Source: a virus (lineage: Duplodnaviria > Caudoviricetes). From it: DNA of 26,858 nt. The translations under genes and the position numbers were made by a program. Shown here in pieces: positions 1 through 8,939 of this stretch (positions within the stretch are counted from its first letter, which is position 1; every line of letters begins with the position of its first letter). Under the pieces are notes generated by a model. That model had not been told where the DNA came from and ran no database searches. It saw only the letters and a program-made list of their open reading frames with translations. Location: the IMG/VR virus record IMGVR_UViG_3300027838_000033, positions 1 to 26,858 of that record, one strand, 5' to 3'.

Positions 1-2
1 GT

Positions 3-110
3 CAGGTCAGAGGAATTCGTTATAACCGCACAGGTGGTGGACAATGGGGAAAAATTACCAGACTAAAAGAACAAGTATTACAAACAAATCACGAATTCAC
101 AGTAAAATGA
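3..110 (+). CDS. 3' end of a hypothetical protein (partial, runs off the window start)
   Basis: Open frame QVRGIRYNRTGGGQWGKITRLKEQVLQTNHEFTVK*; its TGA (108-110) overlaps the next ATG (107-109) as ATGA. Confidence 0.6.
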   Translation, partial: QVRGIRYNRTGGGQWGKITRLKEQVLQTNHEFTVK

Positions 111-406
111 CAGTAAAAGCAGATGTCGAAGTCCTTAAAACTCAAATTGCAACAATTAAAAGTTCTTTCGATGGACACGTTACCCAAAATAGAGAAGATT
201 TTAAAGAAGTACATTCAAGAATGAGCACTATGAAAAGAGAAATCTCTGATGAAATTAACTTGACTTTTGAGAAATTGTGTGATAAAATAGATATAAATGA
301 AAAAGAAATAAATGGTTTAGAAAAATGGAAATGGACTATAGGTGGAGTATTAATAGCCATGACATTTCTAATGACCGCTTCCCAAACATTTGGTTTATTT
401 AACTAG
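107..406 (+). CDS. Hypothetical coiled-coil protein with a C-terminal transmembrane helix
   Basis: Heptad-rich body then WKWTIGGVLIAMTFLMTASQTFGLF; start moved from 44 to 107 because of the ATGA coupling. Confidence 0.65.
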   Translation: MTVKADVEVLKTQIATIKSSFDGHVTQNREDFKEVHSRMSTMKREISDEINLTFEKLCDKIDINEKEINGLEKWKWTIGGVLIAMTFLMTASQTFGLFN

Positions 407-432
407 TATATAATAACAATTTAATTTACATT

Positions 433-1446
433 ATGAGCTATATTGACCAGAAGTACATAAATTTATGTACCTCTAGGGTGGAGAAGTTTAAGAAGGTTAG
501 AGATAACCTTTGGAACTTTCGTTGTCCAATCTGTGGAGATTCCCGAAAACAAAAAAATAAAGCCAGAGGATTCATATATCGCAAGAAGGCATCTTTTTTC
601 TATAAGTGTCATAATTGTGGTATCGGGCTTACTTTCAACAATTTCCTCAAACAAATAGATCATGGACTTCATACTGAGTTTTTAGTAGAGAAGTACAAAG
701 ACGGTGAGACTCAAGGGAATACCCCTATTCCTGACAAATTCCCATTTACATTTAAAAAACCTAAGTTTGACAAATCCCTAAACAGGCATTTGAATAAATT
801 AGTTAAGTTTAGTGATCTTGAAGATGGCCATCCGGCCATACAGTATCTAGAAAAAAGACAAATTCCCAAAAATCATTGGGACAAATTATACTTCTCAGAG
901 AAATTTTATGAGTGGTCACACACAATATTTCCTGAAAAATTTAAGAGTATAAATATAGATTATCCACGACTTGTTATCCCTTTTTTCGACAAGTCAGGAG
1001 AAATCTTTGCTTATCAAGGAAGAGCATTTGGTAACGAAGAACCTAGATATATCACCTTAAAAATTGTTTTAGAAAAAGAGAAGATTTATGGACTTGAACG
1101 TATTGATTTTGATTCTCATACATACGTTGTTGAAGGCCCATTAGATTCTCTCTTTATAGACAACTGTTTAGCAGTTGCCGGCGCTGATTTGAACTTATTG
1201 GAGTTAAGTCCAGAATCAACCACTACAATATACGATAACGAGCCACGCAATGAACATACTGTTGAGCGTATGTTTAAATCTGTGGACAAAAATTATAATG
1301 TAGTAATTTGGCCACCTGAATTAAAAAGTAAAGACATCAATGATATGGTTCTGTCAGGAATGAAGAATATTAAAGAGTTTATCGATGTACATACATATCA
1401 TGGACTAGAAGCATACCTCAAAATTAACCAATGGAAGAAAATATGA
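433..1446 (+). CDS. gp61: T4-like DNA primase
   Basis: N-terminal Zn finger NFRCPICGDS...FYKCHNCG; TOPRIM motifs VVEGPLDSLF, YDNEPRN, KDINDM. Confidence 0.95.
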   Translation: MSYIDQKYINLCTSRVEKFKKVRDNLWNFRCPICGDSRKQKNKARGFIYRKKASFFYKCHNCGIGLTFNNFLKQIDHGLHTEFLVEKYKDGETQGNTPIPDKFPFTFKKPKFDKSLNRHLNKLVKFSDLEDGHPAIQYLEKRQIPKNHWDKLYFSEKFYEWSHTIFPEKFKSINIDYPRLVIPFFDKSGEIFAYQGRAFGNEEPRYITLKIVLEKEKIYGLERIDFDSHTYVVEGPLDSLFIDNCLAVAGADLNLLELSPESTTTIYDNEPRNEHTVERMFKSVDKNYNVVIWPPELKSKDINDMVLSGMKNIKEFIDVHTYHGLEAYLKINQWKKI

Positions 1447-3428
1447 ATCCTCAATTACAGACTGTAAGACAAACTCAGACATACACACAACATGAACAAA
1501 TCATCACAACTAAGAAAGTTCCAGAACCAATCCCCCACCAAAATCCATTTCAAAATGAACTAAGTAAATTTGTATACTATAGAACATATTCACGCTGGGA
1601 TGACAGTAAGATGCGTAGAGAATCGTGGGATGAAACAGTTGCACGAGCTGTAGTGTTTTTGAAAAAGGTTAGTAAGAATAAATTAAAGAAATCAGATTAT
1701 GAATTGATACATCAGTACATTCTTGAGATGAAAGTAATGCCTTCAATGAGGCTATTATGGACAGCTGGAAAACCAGCAGAACTCAACAATGTTGCAATTT
1801 ATAATTGCTCAACAGTTCCAGTTGATTCTTTACATTCTTTTGCAGAGGTATATTTCTTGTTGATGAGTGGTGCAGGAGTTGGTGTGGATGTTTCTAAACG
1901 ATATATTGAAAAGATTCCTAAAGTAAAGAAATTGAATGGTGATGGGAAAAAGATTGTGTTTGAGGATTCTAAAGAAGGATGGGCAATGGGAACATTAGCA
2001 GTCTGCACGGCCATGTGGGAAGGATACGATGTTGAATGGGATTTGTCAAAACTAAGACCACAAGGTGCTAGACTCAAAACTTTTGGTGGTAGGTCATCTG
2101 GGCCTGGGCCTCTTGATGAGACTTTACATTTCATCAAACACATAGTAGAAGCACATCGTGACAGGAAACTAAGTTCCATCAATGCATTTGATATTATTAC
2201 TAAAATTGCAAATTCAGTAGTCGTAGGTGGAGTCAGAAGGTCATCGATAATTACCCTCTCAGACCTCTACGATAGTGGAATGAGAAATGCCAAACAGGGT
2301 CAATTTTGGGTGACAAATGCACACCGAGCCATGAGTAACAATAGTGCAATTTATGATGTTAAACCTAACTCTATAGATTTCATGAAAGAGTGGTTGGCAC
2401 TTGCAGAAAGTGGTACTGGAGAGCGTGGAATTTTCAACCGATATTCAATCAATAGTTTGATTCCAAAACGCCGGCGTAAAAGACAAGATTGGACAACTAA
2501 CCCCTGTGGTGAAATAATATTGCGTCCTAGAGGGTTCTGCAACCTCACAGAAGTAGTTATACGGGCCGAAGACACCCTTGAGACTTTAATGGAAAAGATA
2601 AAGGTAGCGACTATGATTGGAACAATACAATCTACATTAACGGATTTTAATCTTTTAGAAGAACTTCATGATGATTGGAAAAAGAATGCTGAGGAGGAAA
2701 GACTCTTAGGTGTATCCATGACAGGACAAATGGACAATCCAGATATTTTGACACCAGAGAATTTACAAGCATTGAGAGATTTTTCAATAGGAGTGAATGT
2801 AGAAACAGCCGGGAGATTAAAAATAAACAGGTCAGTAGCTATTACTACTACAAAACCTAGTGGAACAGTTTCAACATTAGTAAATTCTGCATCGGGGTTT
2901 CATCCACGATATGCTCCTTATTATATACGAAGAGTAAGAATTTCTGCTACTGATCCATTGTACAGAATGATGAGGGATCAAGGAGTAAAATTCTATCCAG
3001 AGGTAGGACAACCAGAAGAAACAGCTCAAACATGGGTAGTTGAATTTCCAGTAAAAGCACCAGAAGGTTCTGTACTGGTAAGAGATGTTGATGCAATTTC
3101 TCAACTAAAACAATGGTTAAAAATAAAACATAACTATACTGAACATACAGTATCAGCAACAATTTATGTCAAGCCTGATGAATGGTTTGAAGTTGGTAAT
3201 TTTGTATATGAAAATTTCGATGATCTAGTGGGAGTGAGTTTCCTACCTAAAGATGACCACATCTATCAGCTTGCCCCTTACGAAGAAATCGATGAAAAGA
3301 CTTATGATACTTTGCTTGCAGATTTCCCAAAAATTGACTATTCCAAACTCACTAAATACGAGACAGAGGATAATACTACAGGAGCGCAAACGGTTGCGTG
3401 TTCTGGTGACAGTTGTGAAATCATTTAA
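1443..3428 (+). CDS. nrdJ: Class II (adenosylcobalamin-dependent) ribonucleotide reductase, monomeric RTPR-like
   Basis: YYRTYSRW, MPSMRLLW, YNCS, GGRSSGPGPL, VVVGGVRRS, TNPCGEI (catalytic Cys/Glu), KPSGTVS, C-terminal ACSGDSCEII Cys pair; ATG 1443 overlaps the primase TGA. Confidence 0.92.
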   Translation: MNPQLQTVRQTQTYTQHEQIITTKKVPEPIPHQNPFQNELSKFVYYRTYSRWDDSKMRRESWDETVARAVVFLKKVSKNKLKKSDYELIHQYILEMKVMPSMRLLWTAGKPAELNNVAIYNCSTVPVDSLHSFAEVYFLLMSGAGVGVDVSKRYIEKIPKVKKLNGDGKKIVFEDSKEGWAMGTLAVCTAMWEGYDVEWDLSKLRPQGARLKTFGGRSSGPGPLDETLHFIKHIVEAHRDRKLSSINAFDIITKIANSVVVGGVRRSSIITLSDLYDSGMRNAKQGQFWVTNAHRAMSNNSAIYDVKPNSIDFMKEWLALAESGTGERGIFNRYSINSLIPKRRRKRQDWTTNPCGEIILRPRGFCNLTEVVIRAEDTLETLMEKIKVATMIGTIQSTLTDFNLLEELHDDWKKNAEEERLLGVSMTGQMDNPDILTPENLQALRDFSIGVNVETAGRLKINRSVAITTTKPSGTVSTLVNSASGFHPRYAPYYIRRVRISATDPLYRMMRDQGVKFYPEVGQPEETAQTWVVEFPVKAPEGSVLVRDVDAISQLKQWLKIKHNYTEHTVSATIYVKPDEWFEVGNFVYENFDDLVGVSFLPKDDHIYQLAPYEEIDEKTYDTLLADFPKIDYSKLTKYETEDNTTGAQTVACSGDSCEII

Positions 3429-3439
3429 TAATAAGCATT

Positions 3440-3607
3440 ATGGTAGAAGAAGTAGAAATAGAGTGCAAGGATTGCAATGCGACATTTAACTTACAGCATA
3501 ATTTAAGTTTATCAAGATACGAAATAGGATTTTGTACCTTCTGTGGTGGAGAAGATATTGAAATAGAAGAGGGTTTTGAAGAAGATAATGAGGAAGATTA
3601 TTATTAA
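3440..3607 (+). CDS. Small Zn-ribbon protein with acidic tail (55 aa, not in the ORF track)
   Basis: MVEEVEIECKDCNATF...IGFCTFCGGEDIEIEEGFEEDNEEDYY*; two CxxC pairs; fills the gap between nrdJ and the nuclease. Confidence 0.8.
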   Translation: MVEEVEIECKDCNATFNLQHNLSLSRYEIGFCTFCGGEDIEIEEGFEEDNEEDYY

Positions 3608-3633
3608 CCTAAATATTCCCATGTGGAGTATTT

Positions 3634-4053
3634 ATGAGTTACGAAAACCCTTGGCTATATAATGATAAAGTTTTTGAAAGTGAAGATATAAAAGACTATT
3701 ACGGATTTTGCTATCTATTGACTGACCTTGAAAATGGTAAGCAATATATTGGAAGAAAGTACTTTTATTCCATTAGGAAGAAAAAAGGAATACGGAAAAA
3801 GGTAAAGTCAGAAAGCGATTGGAAATCCTATTACAGTTCATCTAAAAAAGTTAAACTAATAGTGCTAGAATCTGGCCATAATAGATTCAAGAGAGAAATA
3901 TTATCTCTTTATATAAAAAAAGGTCAAGTGAATTATAATGAAACAAAATTGTTATTTCAACATAATGTTTTAGAAGCCAGAGATGAAAAAGGCGAAAAAT
4001 TATATTACAATGATAATATAATGAATAGATATTTTTCAACAATCATGGAATAA
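3634..4053 (+). CDS. GIY-YIG family (Seg-like) endonuclease conserved in T4-like phages
   Basis: YGFCYLLTDLENGKQYIGRK, ESDWKSYYSSS, FKREIL, YYNDNI. Confidence 0.8.
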   Translation: MSYENPWLYNDKVFESEDIKDYYGFCYLLTDLENGKQYIGRKYFYSIRKKKGIRKKVKSESDWKSYYSSSKKVKLIVLESGHNRFKREILSLYIKKGQVNYNETKLLFQHNVLEARDEKGEKLYYNDNIMNRYFSTIME

Positions 4054-4058
4054 AAGAC

Positions 4059-4087
4059 TTGACATTTGAGATTCATAATGGTATAAT
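4059..4087 (+). promoter_or_regulatory. Sigma70-type early promoter
   Basis: TTGACA (4059-4064), 17-bp spacer, TATAAT (4082-4087) with extended -10 TG; preceded by AAAAGAC. Confidence 0.85.
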
Positions 4088-4101
4088 ACAAGGTATATAA
4101 A

Positions 4102-4365
4102 GTGAATAAAAGACTTACAAAGTTAAAAAGTCTTATTGATAATGGTTCAGCACCAACCATTTTAGAGGTTAGAACAAATTCTAGGGAATATTCCTATGAA
4201 GATGTTATAGCTCTAGATTATGGATTTGCTCAAGACCTGTATATGGGTAGTGAACAATTTGAAAAATGGTTTACCTATACTGGGCCACAACCTATAAAAC
4301 TCAATGATCTTATTTTACAACCAAATGAGATGATTGAAATTTTACTTGATTATTATGGAATATAA
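4102..4365 (+). CDS. Hypothetical protein
   Basis: 87-aa ORF (GTG start) directly after the early promoter; TAATG coupling to the next gene. Confidence 0.7.
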   Translation: MNKRLTKLKSLIDNGSAPTILEVRTNSREYSYEDVIALDYGFAQDLYMGSEQFEKWFTYTGPQPIKLNDLILQPNEMIEILLDYYGI

Positions 4366-4820
4366 TGAGAAAACAACTAACTGAAAAGCGAAAACAAGAG
4401 CTTCGTGACCAACTATCCAAAGCACGAAGTAAGAGAACCCCAGCAGAGTACAAGAACATACATCCAAAGGTATTAGAAATACCAGATGATGACCCCCTAT
4501 CGTTGAAATCGATTAAGAAAGCGATTAAACATAGTAAGGATAGGGCCTCTGCATATTCTGTCAACTCTCATAGGAGAGGCGCAACCCCCAAACAAGCAAT
4601 TACAGATAGTATCAATTCTGATAATACCAAAGCCTATATTCGGTTCATGGAACATTATCTCAGGACAGGGGATTGGATTTCTGATTTTATGGGAGATAAT
4701 GAAGAAAAGAAAACTCAATGGAAATGTGTCGCAATGGCTTATCATGCAGATGGTACACCAAAACGATCTAAGGGTGTTTTCTATCCAGACATCAATATGG
4801 TGTGGGGAGAGGTTGTATGA
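4365..4820 (+). CDS. Hypothetical basic protein of T4-like phages
   Basis: 151 aa; YIRFMEHYLRTGDW...CVAMAYHADGTPKR..GVFYPD resembles ORFs upstream of rnh in marine T4-like phages. Confidence 0.75.
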   Translation: MRKQLTEKRKQELRDQLSKARSKRTPAEYKNIHPKVLEIPDDDPLSLKSIKKAIKHSKDRASAYSVNSHRRGATPKQAITDSINSDNTKAYIRFMEHYLRTGDWISDFMGDNEEKKTQWKCVAMAYHADGTPKRSKGVFYPDINMVWGEVV

Positions 4821-5656
4821 TACTAATTGATTTAAGTCAGATAATGGTGGCATCTACAATGATGTCAATGGGAAAAGACCAATCAGAAGTTGATGTTAAT
4901 ATGGTTCGACACATGGTTCTGAACAGTCTCAGAATGTATCGGTCAAAATATCATAATGAATATGGTGAGTTGGTCTTATGCTGTGATGGTAAACATTCAT
5001 GGAGGCGTGACCATTTCCCACAATATAAAGCTTCTAGGAAAACTAGTAGGGATGCTGATAAGAGAGATTGGACACAAATATTTGGATGTCTTGATACTAT
5101 CAAATCTGAACTTGAAGAGTTTTTCCCCTACAAATATATTCAGATTGATGAGTCAGAAGCAGATGATATTATTGGTGTGCTTGCTAGAACTGCTACAGAA
5201 AAAGTAATGATTATTTCTGGTGATAAGGATTTCATACAGCTACAGTCGCATAAAAATGTGAAACAGTACAGCCCTATTACTAAAAAGTTAATAACAAACA
5301 GTCATCCAGAAAAATACTTGAAGGAACATATTTTGCGAGGTGACTCATCAGATGGTGTTCCTAATTTCTTATCAGCAGATAATTGTATGGTGGATAAAAT
5401 ACGACAAACACCAATATCAAAGAAAAAAGTAGAACTATGGGTAGACCAAAATCCAGAAGATTTTTGTAATGAGGAGCAGTTAAGAAACTATCATAGAAAT
5501 ATGAAACTGATTGATTTACAATATACACCATCAAACATTGTTGACCAAGTTGGAAAACAATATGATGAAATTCCGAAAGGGAAACGAAGTGAACTTTTGA
5601 ATTATTTTATCGAAAGGAAACTTAATAATTTAATACAAGATATAGGAGAATTTTAA
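4817..5656 (+). CDS. rnh: T4-like RNase H (5'-3' exonuclease, FEN family)
   Basis: MILIDLSQ, SWRRDHFPQYKASR, EADDIIG, ISGDKDFIQL, GDSSDGVPN; ATGA-coupled start at 4817. Confidence 0.95.
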   Translation: MILIDLSQIMVASTMMSMGKDQSEVDVNMVRHMVLNSLRMYRSKYHNEYGELVLCCDGKHSWRRDHFPQYKASRKTSRDADKRDWTQIFGCLDTIKSELEEFFPYKYIQIDESEADDIIGVLARTATEKVMIISGDKDFIQLQSHKNVKQYSPITKKLITNSHPEKYLKEHILRGDSSDGVPNFLSADNCMVDKIRQTPISKKKVELWVDQNPEDFCNEEQLRNYHRNMKLIDLQYTPSNIVDQVGKQYDEIPKGKRSELLNYFIERKLNNLIQDIGEF

Positions 5657-5657
5657 T

Positions 5658-6197
5658 ATGGCACAACAACCAGTAGAATTTGATAGTAATAGTGATGGAT
5701 CTGTAAGTGCATATCCAGAAAAACCTAAACCATCAATTAAAGTTAGAGAATTACTTTTTAGTGAAATTTTGTCTAAAGTTCATGGTGCAAAAACAAAAGC
5801 ACAAAAAGTAAAGATTTTACAAGAAGAAGATTGTCAGGCCTTGCGACAAATTTGTCAATGGTCTTTTAACCCCATAATTGAATCAGAATTACCATCTGGA
5901 ACACCACCATATATAGAAAATGACGCTCCAGAAGGTACTGAACATATGTTGTTAAGAACTGAAGGTAATACACTTTGGCATTATGTTAAAACTAATGGTA
6001 AGAGTGCAGATCCAAATCTTCAGAGTACAGTTAGAGAACGTATGTTTATTAGACTGTTAGAAGGATTACACAAAGATGAAGCTGAACTTTTATGTGCAGT
6101 AAAGGAAAAAAGCCTACATCAAAAATATAAGGGATTATCATCACAGGTCGTATCAGAGGCATTTAAGTGGAATGAGGACTTCCAAGAGTATAAATAA
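5658..6197 (+). CDS. Conserved T4-like hypothetical protein (possibly DUF6433-like)
   Basis: LFSEILSKV..AKTKAQKVKIL, LPSGTPPY, RERMFIRLLEGLHKDEAELL; usual position after rnh. Confidence 0.75.
   Translation: MAQQPVEFDSNSDGSVSAYPEKPKPSIKVRELLFSEILSKVHGAKTKAQKVKILQEEDCQALRQICQWSFNPIIESELPSGTPPYIENDAPEGTEHMLLRTEGNTLWHYVKTNGKSADPNLQSTVRERMFIRLLEGLHKDEAELLCAVKEKSLHQKYKGLSSQVVSEAFKWNEDFQEYK
6189..6196 (+). promoter_or_regulatory. T4-type late promoter (gp55 -10 box)
   Basis: Exact TATAAATA at the end of the upstream gene, just before a 200-nt intergenic region. Confidence 0.7.
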
Positions 6198-6202
6198 TAG
6201 TA

Positions 6203-6375
6203 CAATCTTCTCATAGGGAGTCTATAGATATGCAAATCCGAAACGGAATGAGTGTAAAAGATGGACTATCTTCTTATCACTCTTAATTCCCCATTTATAT
6301 TCTAAAAAAAGTTTAACCGTTTAACGATCTGCGGTTGCTAATATTTTATGGAATTCTTGTACCTAAAAAAGATTG
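6203..6375 (+). ncRNA. Candidate structured ncRNA / 5' leader
   Basis: CAATCTT(6203-6209) pairs with AAGATTG(6369-6375); irregular stem 6216-6235 with 6335-6358; hairpins 6237-6247, 6250-6282, 6315-6336. Confidence 0.5.
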
Positions 6376-6398
6376 AAGATCATATTAAATAAAGTAAT

Positions 6399-6950
6399 AT
6401 GAAAAAACTGTTCACAGCAGTTGTTTTATTTTTTCTATTTGTACTTCCTTTAGGAAGTTCTCAAAGCAAATTATATAATGAGAAAAACGTATGGAAATAT
6501 CAAACATTCCAATCCGTGATAGATGATAGAAAAAAACAACTAACGTGTCTTGCAAAGAACATATATTTTGAAGCTAGAAACGAACCATTTGCAGGACAAT
6601 TTGCAGTAGCTCTGGTAACTCTAAATAGAGTTAGTGATGCTGCATTTCCTAATACAATATGTAAAGTTGTATATCAAGGAATACATACCGCTGATGGATT
6701 TCCAAAACGAAATAGATGCCAATTCAGTTGGTATTGTGATGGTAATTCAGATGAAGTACAAAACCCAAAGTCTTTTGAAAAAACTCAAAAGATAGCAAGA
6801 CTTGCAATGCTCCAGTATAGTAAACTAAAATTAGAAGGATTAGATTATACTGAGGGAGCAAGATTTTATCATACTTATCAAATTTCTCCACGTTGGTCAA
6901 AAACTTTTCCAGTCGTAGGTAGAATTGGAGATCATATATTTTATAGATAG
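6399..6950 (+). CDS. Cell wall hydrolase, SleB/Hydrolase_2 family, with N-terminal signal or anchor
   Basis: CLAKNIYFEARNEP..GQFAVALVTLNRV, FPNTICKVVYQ, CQFSWYCDG, IGDHIFY. Confidence 0.9.
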   Translation: MKKLFTAVVLFFLFVLPLGSSQSKLYNEKNVWKYQTFQSVIDDRKKQLTCLAKNIYFEARNEPFAGQFAVALVTLNRVSDAAFPNTICKVVYQGIHTADGFPKRNRCQFSWYCDGNSDEVQNPKSFEKTQKIARLAMLQYSKLKLEGLDYTEGARFYHTYQISPRWSKTFPVVGRIGDHIFYR

Positions 6951-6952
6951 TA

Positions 6953-7171
6953 ATGGATACTACTAAAAGACTTGAAAACATAACACAAGAGTGTGTTCAT
7001 AGTTGGCCCAAGAATAAATTATATTCTGAGTTTTCTAACATAACAGATATTTTGCATTGGGTAGAAACCCATGAAAATTTATCTGCATCGGGAAAACAAT
7101 TTATGGGTGACTTAGAACACAGCCTGGTGAAACTTTTTGCGACAAAATATAATGCCGACATATCAATATAA
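6953..7171 (+). CDS. Hypothetical protein
   Basis: 72-aa ORF tightly packed between the hydrolase and the FmdB-like gene. Confidence 0.55.
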   Translation: MDTTKRLENITQECVHSWPKNKLYSEFSNITDILHWVETHENLSASGKQFMGDLEHSLVKLFATKYNADISI

Positions 7172-7430
7172 ATGTAATAAATGTGACTTTGAATTAGAAG
7201 AAGTTTTTAAAGTAGCAGATAGAAATCTTCCTGTGGAAAATCCACAAAGATATGGAAGCTGCTCAGATGAAAATAATGACAGTTGTGACCTACAGTTAGT
7301 GCCACAATTACCTAGTTTGCAATATACTATGAGAGATAGTGCAGCTAGACACACCGATGATGGTTTTAAAGACCGTATGAAAGAGATTCATAGAACGAAT
7401 CCTGGCAGTCAGCTAGGAGATTGGACATAA
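7152..7430 (+). CDS. FmdB-family Zn-ribbon protein
   Basis: MPTYQYKCNKCDFELEE start; C-terminal DDGFKDRMKEIHRTNPGS; typical position before phoH. Confidence 0.8.
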   Translation: MPTYQYKCNKCDFELEEVFKVADRNLPVENPQRYGSCSDENNDSCDLQLVPQLPSLQYTMRDSAARHTDDGFKDRMKEIHRTNPGSQLGDWT

Positions 7431-7432
7431 TT

Positions 7433-8137
7433 ATGAAAACACATTTTATAAATCATGATCAGTTAGTTGAAATGAAGGGGGTTACTAAAAACCAACTTGA
7501 AGTTTTTAAGCAATATGCAGCTGGAAAGAATCTTTTCCTATATGGGCCTGCGGGCACAGGAAAGACTTTTGTTATTCTGTATAATGCAATCAAGGAAGTT
7601 CTTGACCCTAGTACAAATTATAGCTGTATCTACATAGTAAGGTCTTTAATGCCTACTAGAAGTCTTGCATTTATGCCAGGCGATGAACAAGATAAAAGTT
7701 CTTTATACCAAGTTCCGTATGATAATATGCTACGGCTCATGTTTAAACTTTCCGCTGAGGAACAGTTTGAAATAATGTATGATGAATTAAAAAAACAAGG
7801 AAATGTAGCATTTCTATCCACATCCTTCTTACGAGGGATTACCCTAGATAATGCTATAGTTCTTGTAGATGAATGTCAAAATCTAAACTTCCACGAATTG
7901 GATACCATTATGACCAGAGTTGGTCAGGGATCTAAGATTATGTTCTCAGGAGATTTTGATCAAACAGACCTAAGAGAAGATGCTGAAAAGGCTGGATTAG
8001 GTCAGTTCTTAAAAATTATCAACGAAATGAAAGAATTCTATTCATGTGAGTTTGATATAGGTGATATAGTAAGAAGCGGATTAGTTCGTTCATATATCAT
8101 TCAAAAATATAATACTGGATTAGGAGATAGAAAATAA
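7433..8137 (+). CDS. phoH: PhoH-family ATPase
   Basis: Walker A GPAGTGKT, FLRGITLDNAIVLVDECQN, TRVGQGSKIMFSGDFDQTD, DIVRSGLV. Confidence 0.95.
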   Translation: MKTHFINHDQLVEMKGVTKNQLEVFKQYAAGKNLFLYGPAGTGKTFVILYNAIKEVLDPSTNYSCIYIVRSLMPTRSLAFMPGDEQDKSSLYQVPYDNMLRLMFKLSAEEQFEIMYDELKKQGNVAFLSTSFLRGITLDNAIVLVDECQNLNFHELDTIMTRVGQGSKIMFSGDFDQTDLREDAEKAGLGQFLKIINEMKEFYSCEFDIGDIVRSGLVRSYIIQKYNTGLGDRK

Positions 8138-8463
8138 TGTTACCATTACTATTATTTAATGTTATTTCTGGACTTGTCATGGACAAAGCTCAGAGTTTAG
8201 CAAAAGATCATGTAGAACAAATGATAAGTGACATTCTGCCAGATGATGCTAAGGCTGAATTGGATGAAATTATTGCATCTAATCCCGAACACACATTTGA
8301 GAGTGCAGCAGATGCACTACAAGGTGCTGTGGAAGGAAAACTACCAATATCCCTTGCAGATGGACAACTAAAACCTATTGAAATGACTTTCAAGGTTACG
8401 TTTGATCCAAATACAAGTAAAGTGGATGTTGTACAAGATAATGGTGAAGTGCATGGCATCTGA
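8137..8463 (+). CDS. Hypothetical protein
   Basis: 108 aa, hydrophobic N-terminus, TAATG coupling with phoH. Confidence 0.7.
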   Translation: MLPLLLFNVISGLVMDKAQSLAKDHVEQMISDILPDDAKAELDEIIASNPEHTFESAADALQGAVEGKLPISLADGQLKPIEMTFKVTFDPNTSKVDVVQDNGEVHGI

Positions 8464-8932
8464 ACCAATAAGAATATCAAAGAACTTTTCTTTAGCAGAG
8501 ATGGTAAAGAGTGCAACAGCAGAAAGACTAGGTGTAGATAATTCACCTAGTTCCGTACACCTAGTGAATCTAACACATCTTGCAATTCATATCTTGCAAC
8601 CAGTTAGAGAAAAGTTTGGTGTTATTACAATTAACTCTGGATATAGAAGCCCTGCATTAAATGCAAAAGTGGGTGGATCTAAAACCAGCCAACATTGTAA
8701 TGGTCAGGCTGGAGACTTTGAATCTTTTTCGACACCGAATCCTGACCTTGCGTTATGGATTACTAAGAATTTAGATTTTGACCAAATCATCTTAGAGTTC
8801 TACGATGGAGTTGACCCGAATAGTGGTTGGGTTCATTGTAGCTACAATTTGATGGGCAATCGTAGGAAAATACTTACTGCACTTAAAACTAAAAATGGTG
8901 TGGTTTATAAAAATGGATTTGTAAGTAAATAA
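8453..8932 (+). CDS. Peptidase M15A family (putative endolysin)
   Basis: SKNFSLAEM, INSGYRSPALNAKVGGSKTSQHCNGQAGD, FDQIILEF, GWVHCSY (Zn ligands H, D, H). Confidence 0.9.
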   Translation: MASEPIRISKNFSLAEMVKSATAERLGVDNSPSSVHLVNLTHLAIHILQPVREKFGVITINSGYRSPALNAKVGGSKTSQHCNGQAGDFESFSTPNPDLALWITKNLDFDQIILEFYDGVDPNSGWVHCSYNLMGNRRKILTALKTKNGVVYKNGFVSK

Positions 8933-8939
8933 TGATATT

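Noticed and set aside
44-106. ATG at 44 as the start of the first ORF
   Set aside because: It overlaps an upstream open frame that ends in ATGA at 107-110; 107 is the more plausible start.
948-955. TATAAATA inside primase (also 17065-17072, and on the - strand at 24237-24244)
   Set aside because: Intragenic or antisense with no nearby start; expected by chance in AT-rich DNA.
1443-4053. Intron/intein in nrdJ with an associated homing endonuclease
   Set aside because: nrdJ is continuous and of ordinary length; the GIY-YIG gene is free-standing.
6213-6247. Resemblance of ATAGGGAG...GCAAATCC to cobalamin or c-di-AMP riboswitch cores
   Set aside because: The other conserved elements (B12 box; ydaO repeated motifs) are not identifiable, so it was kept only as an unassigned structured RNA.
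6965-7000. Third AAAAGACTTGA promoter-like site
   Set aside because: No -10 hexamer at 16-18 bp spacing, and it lies within a CDS.
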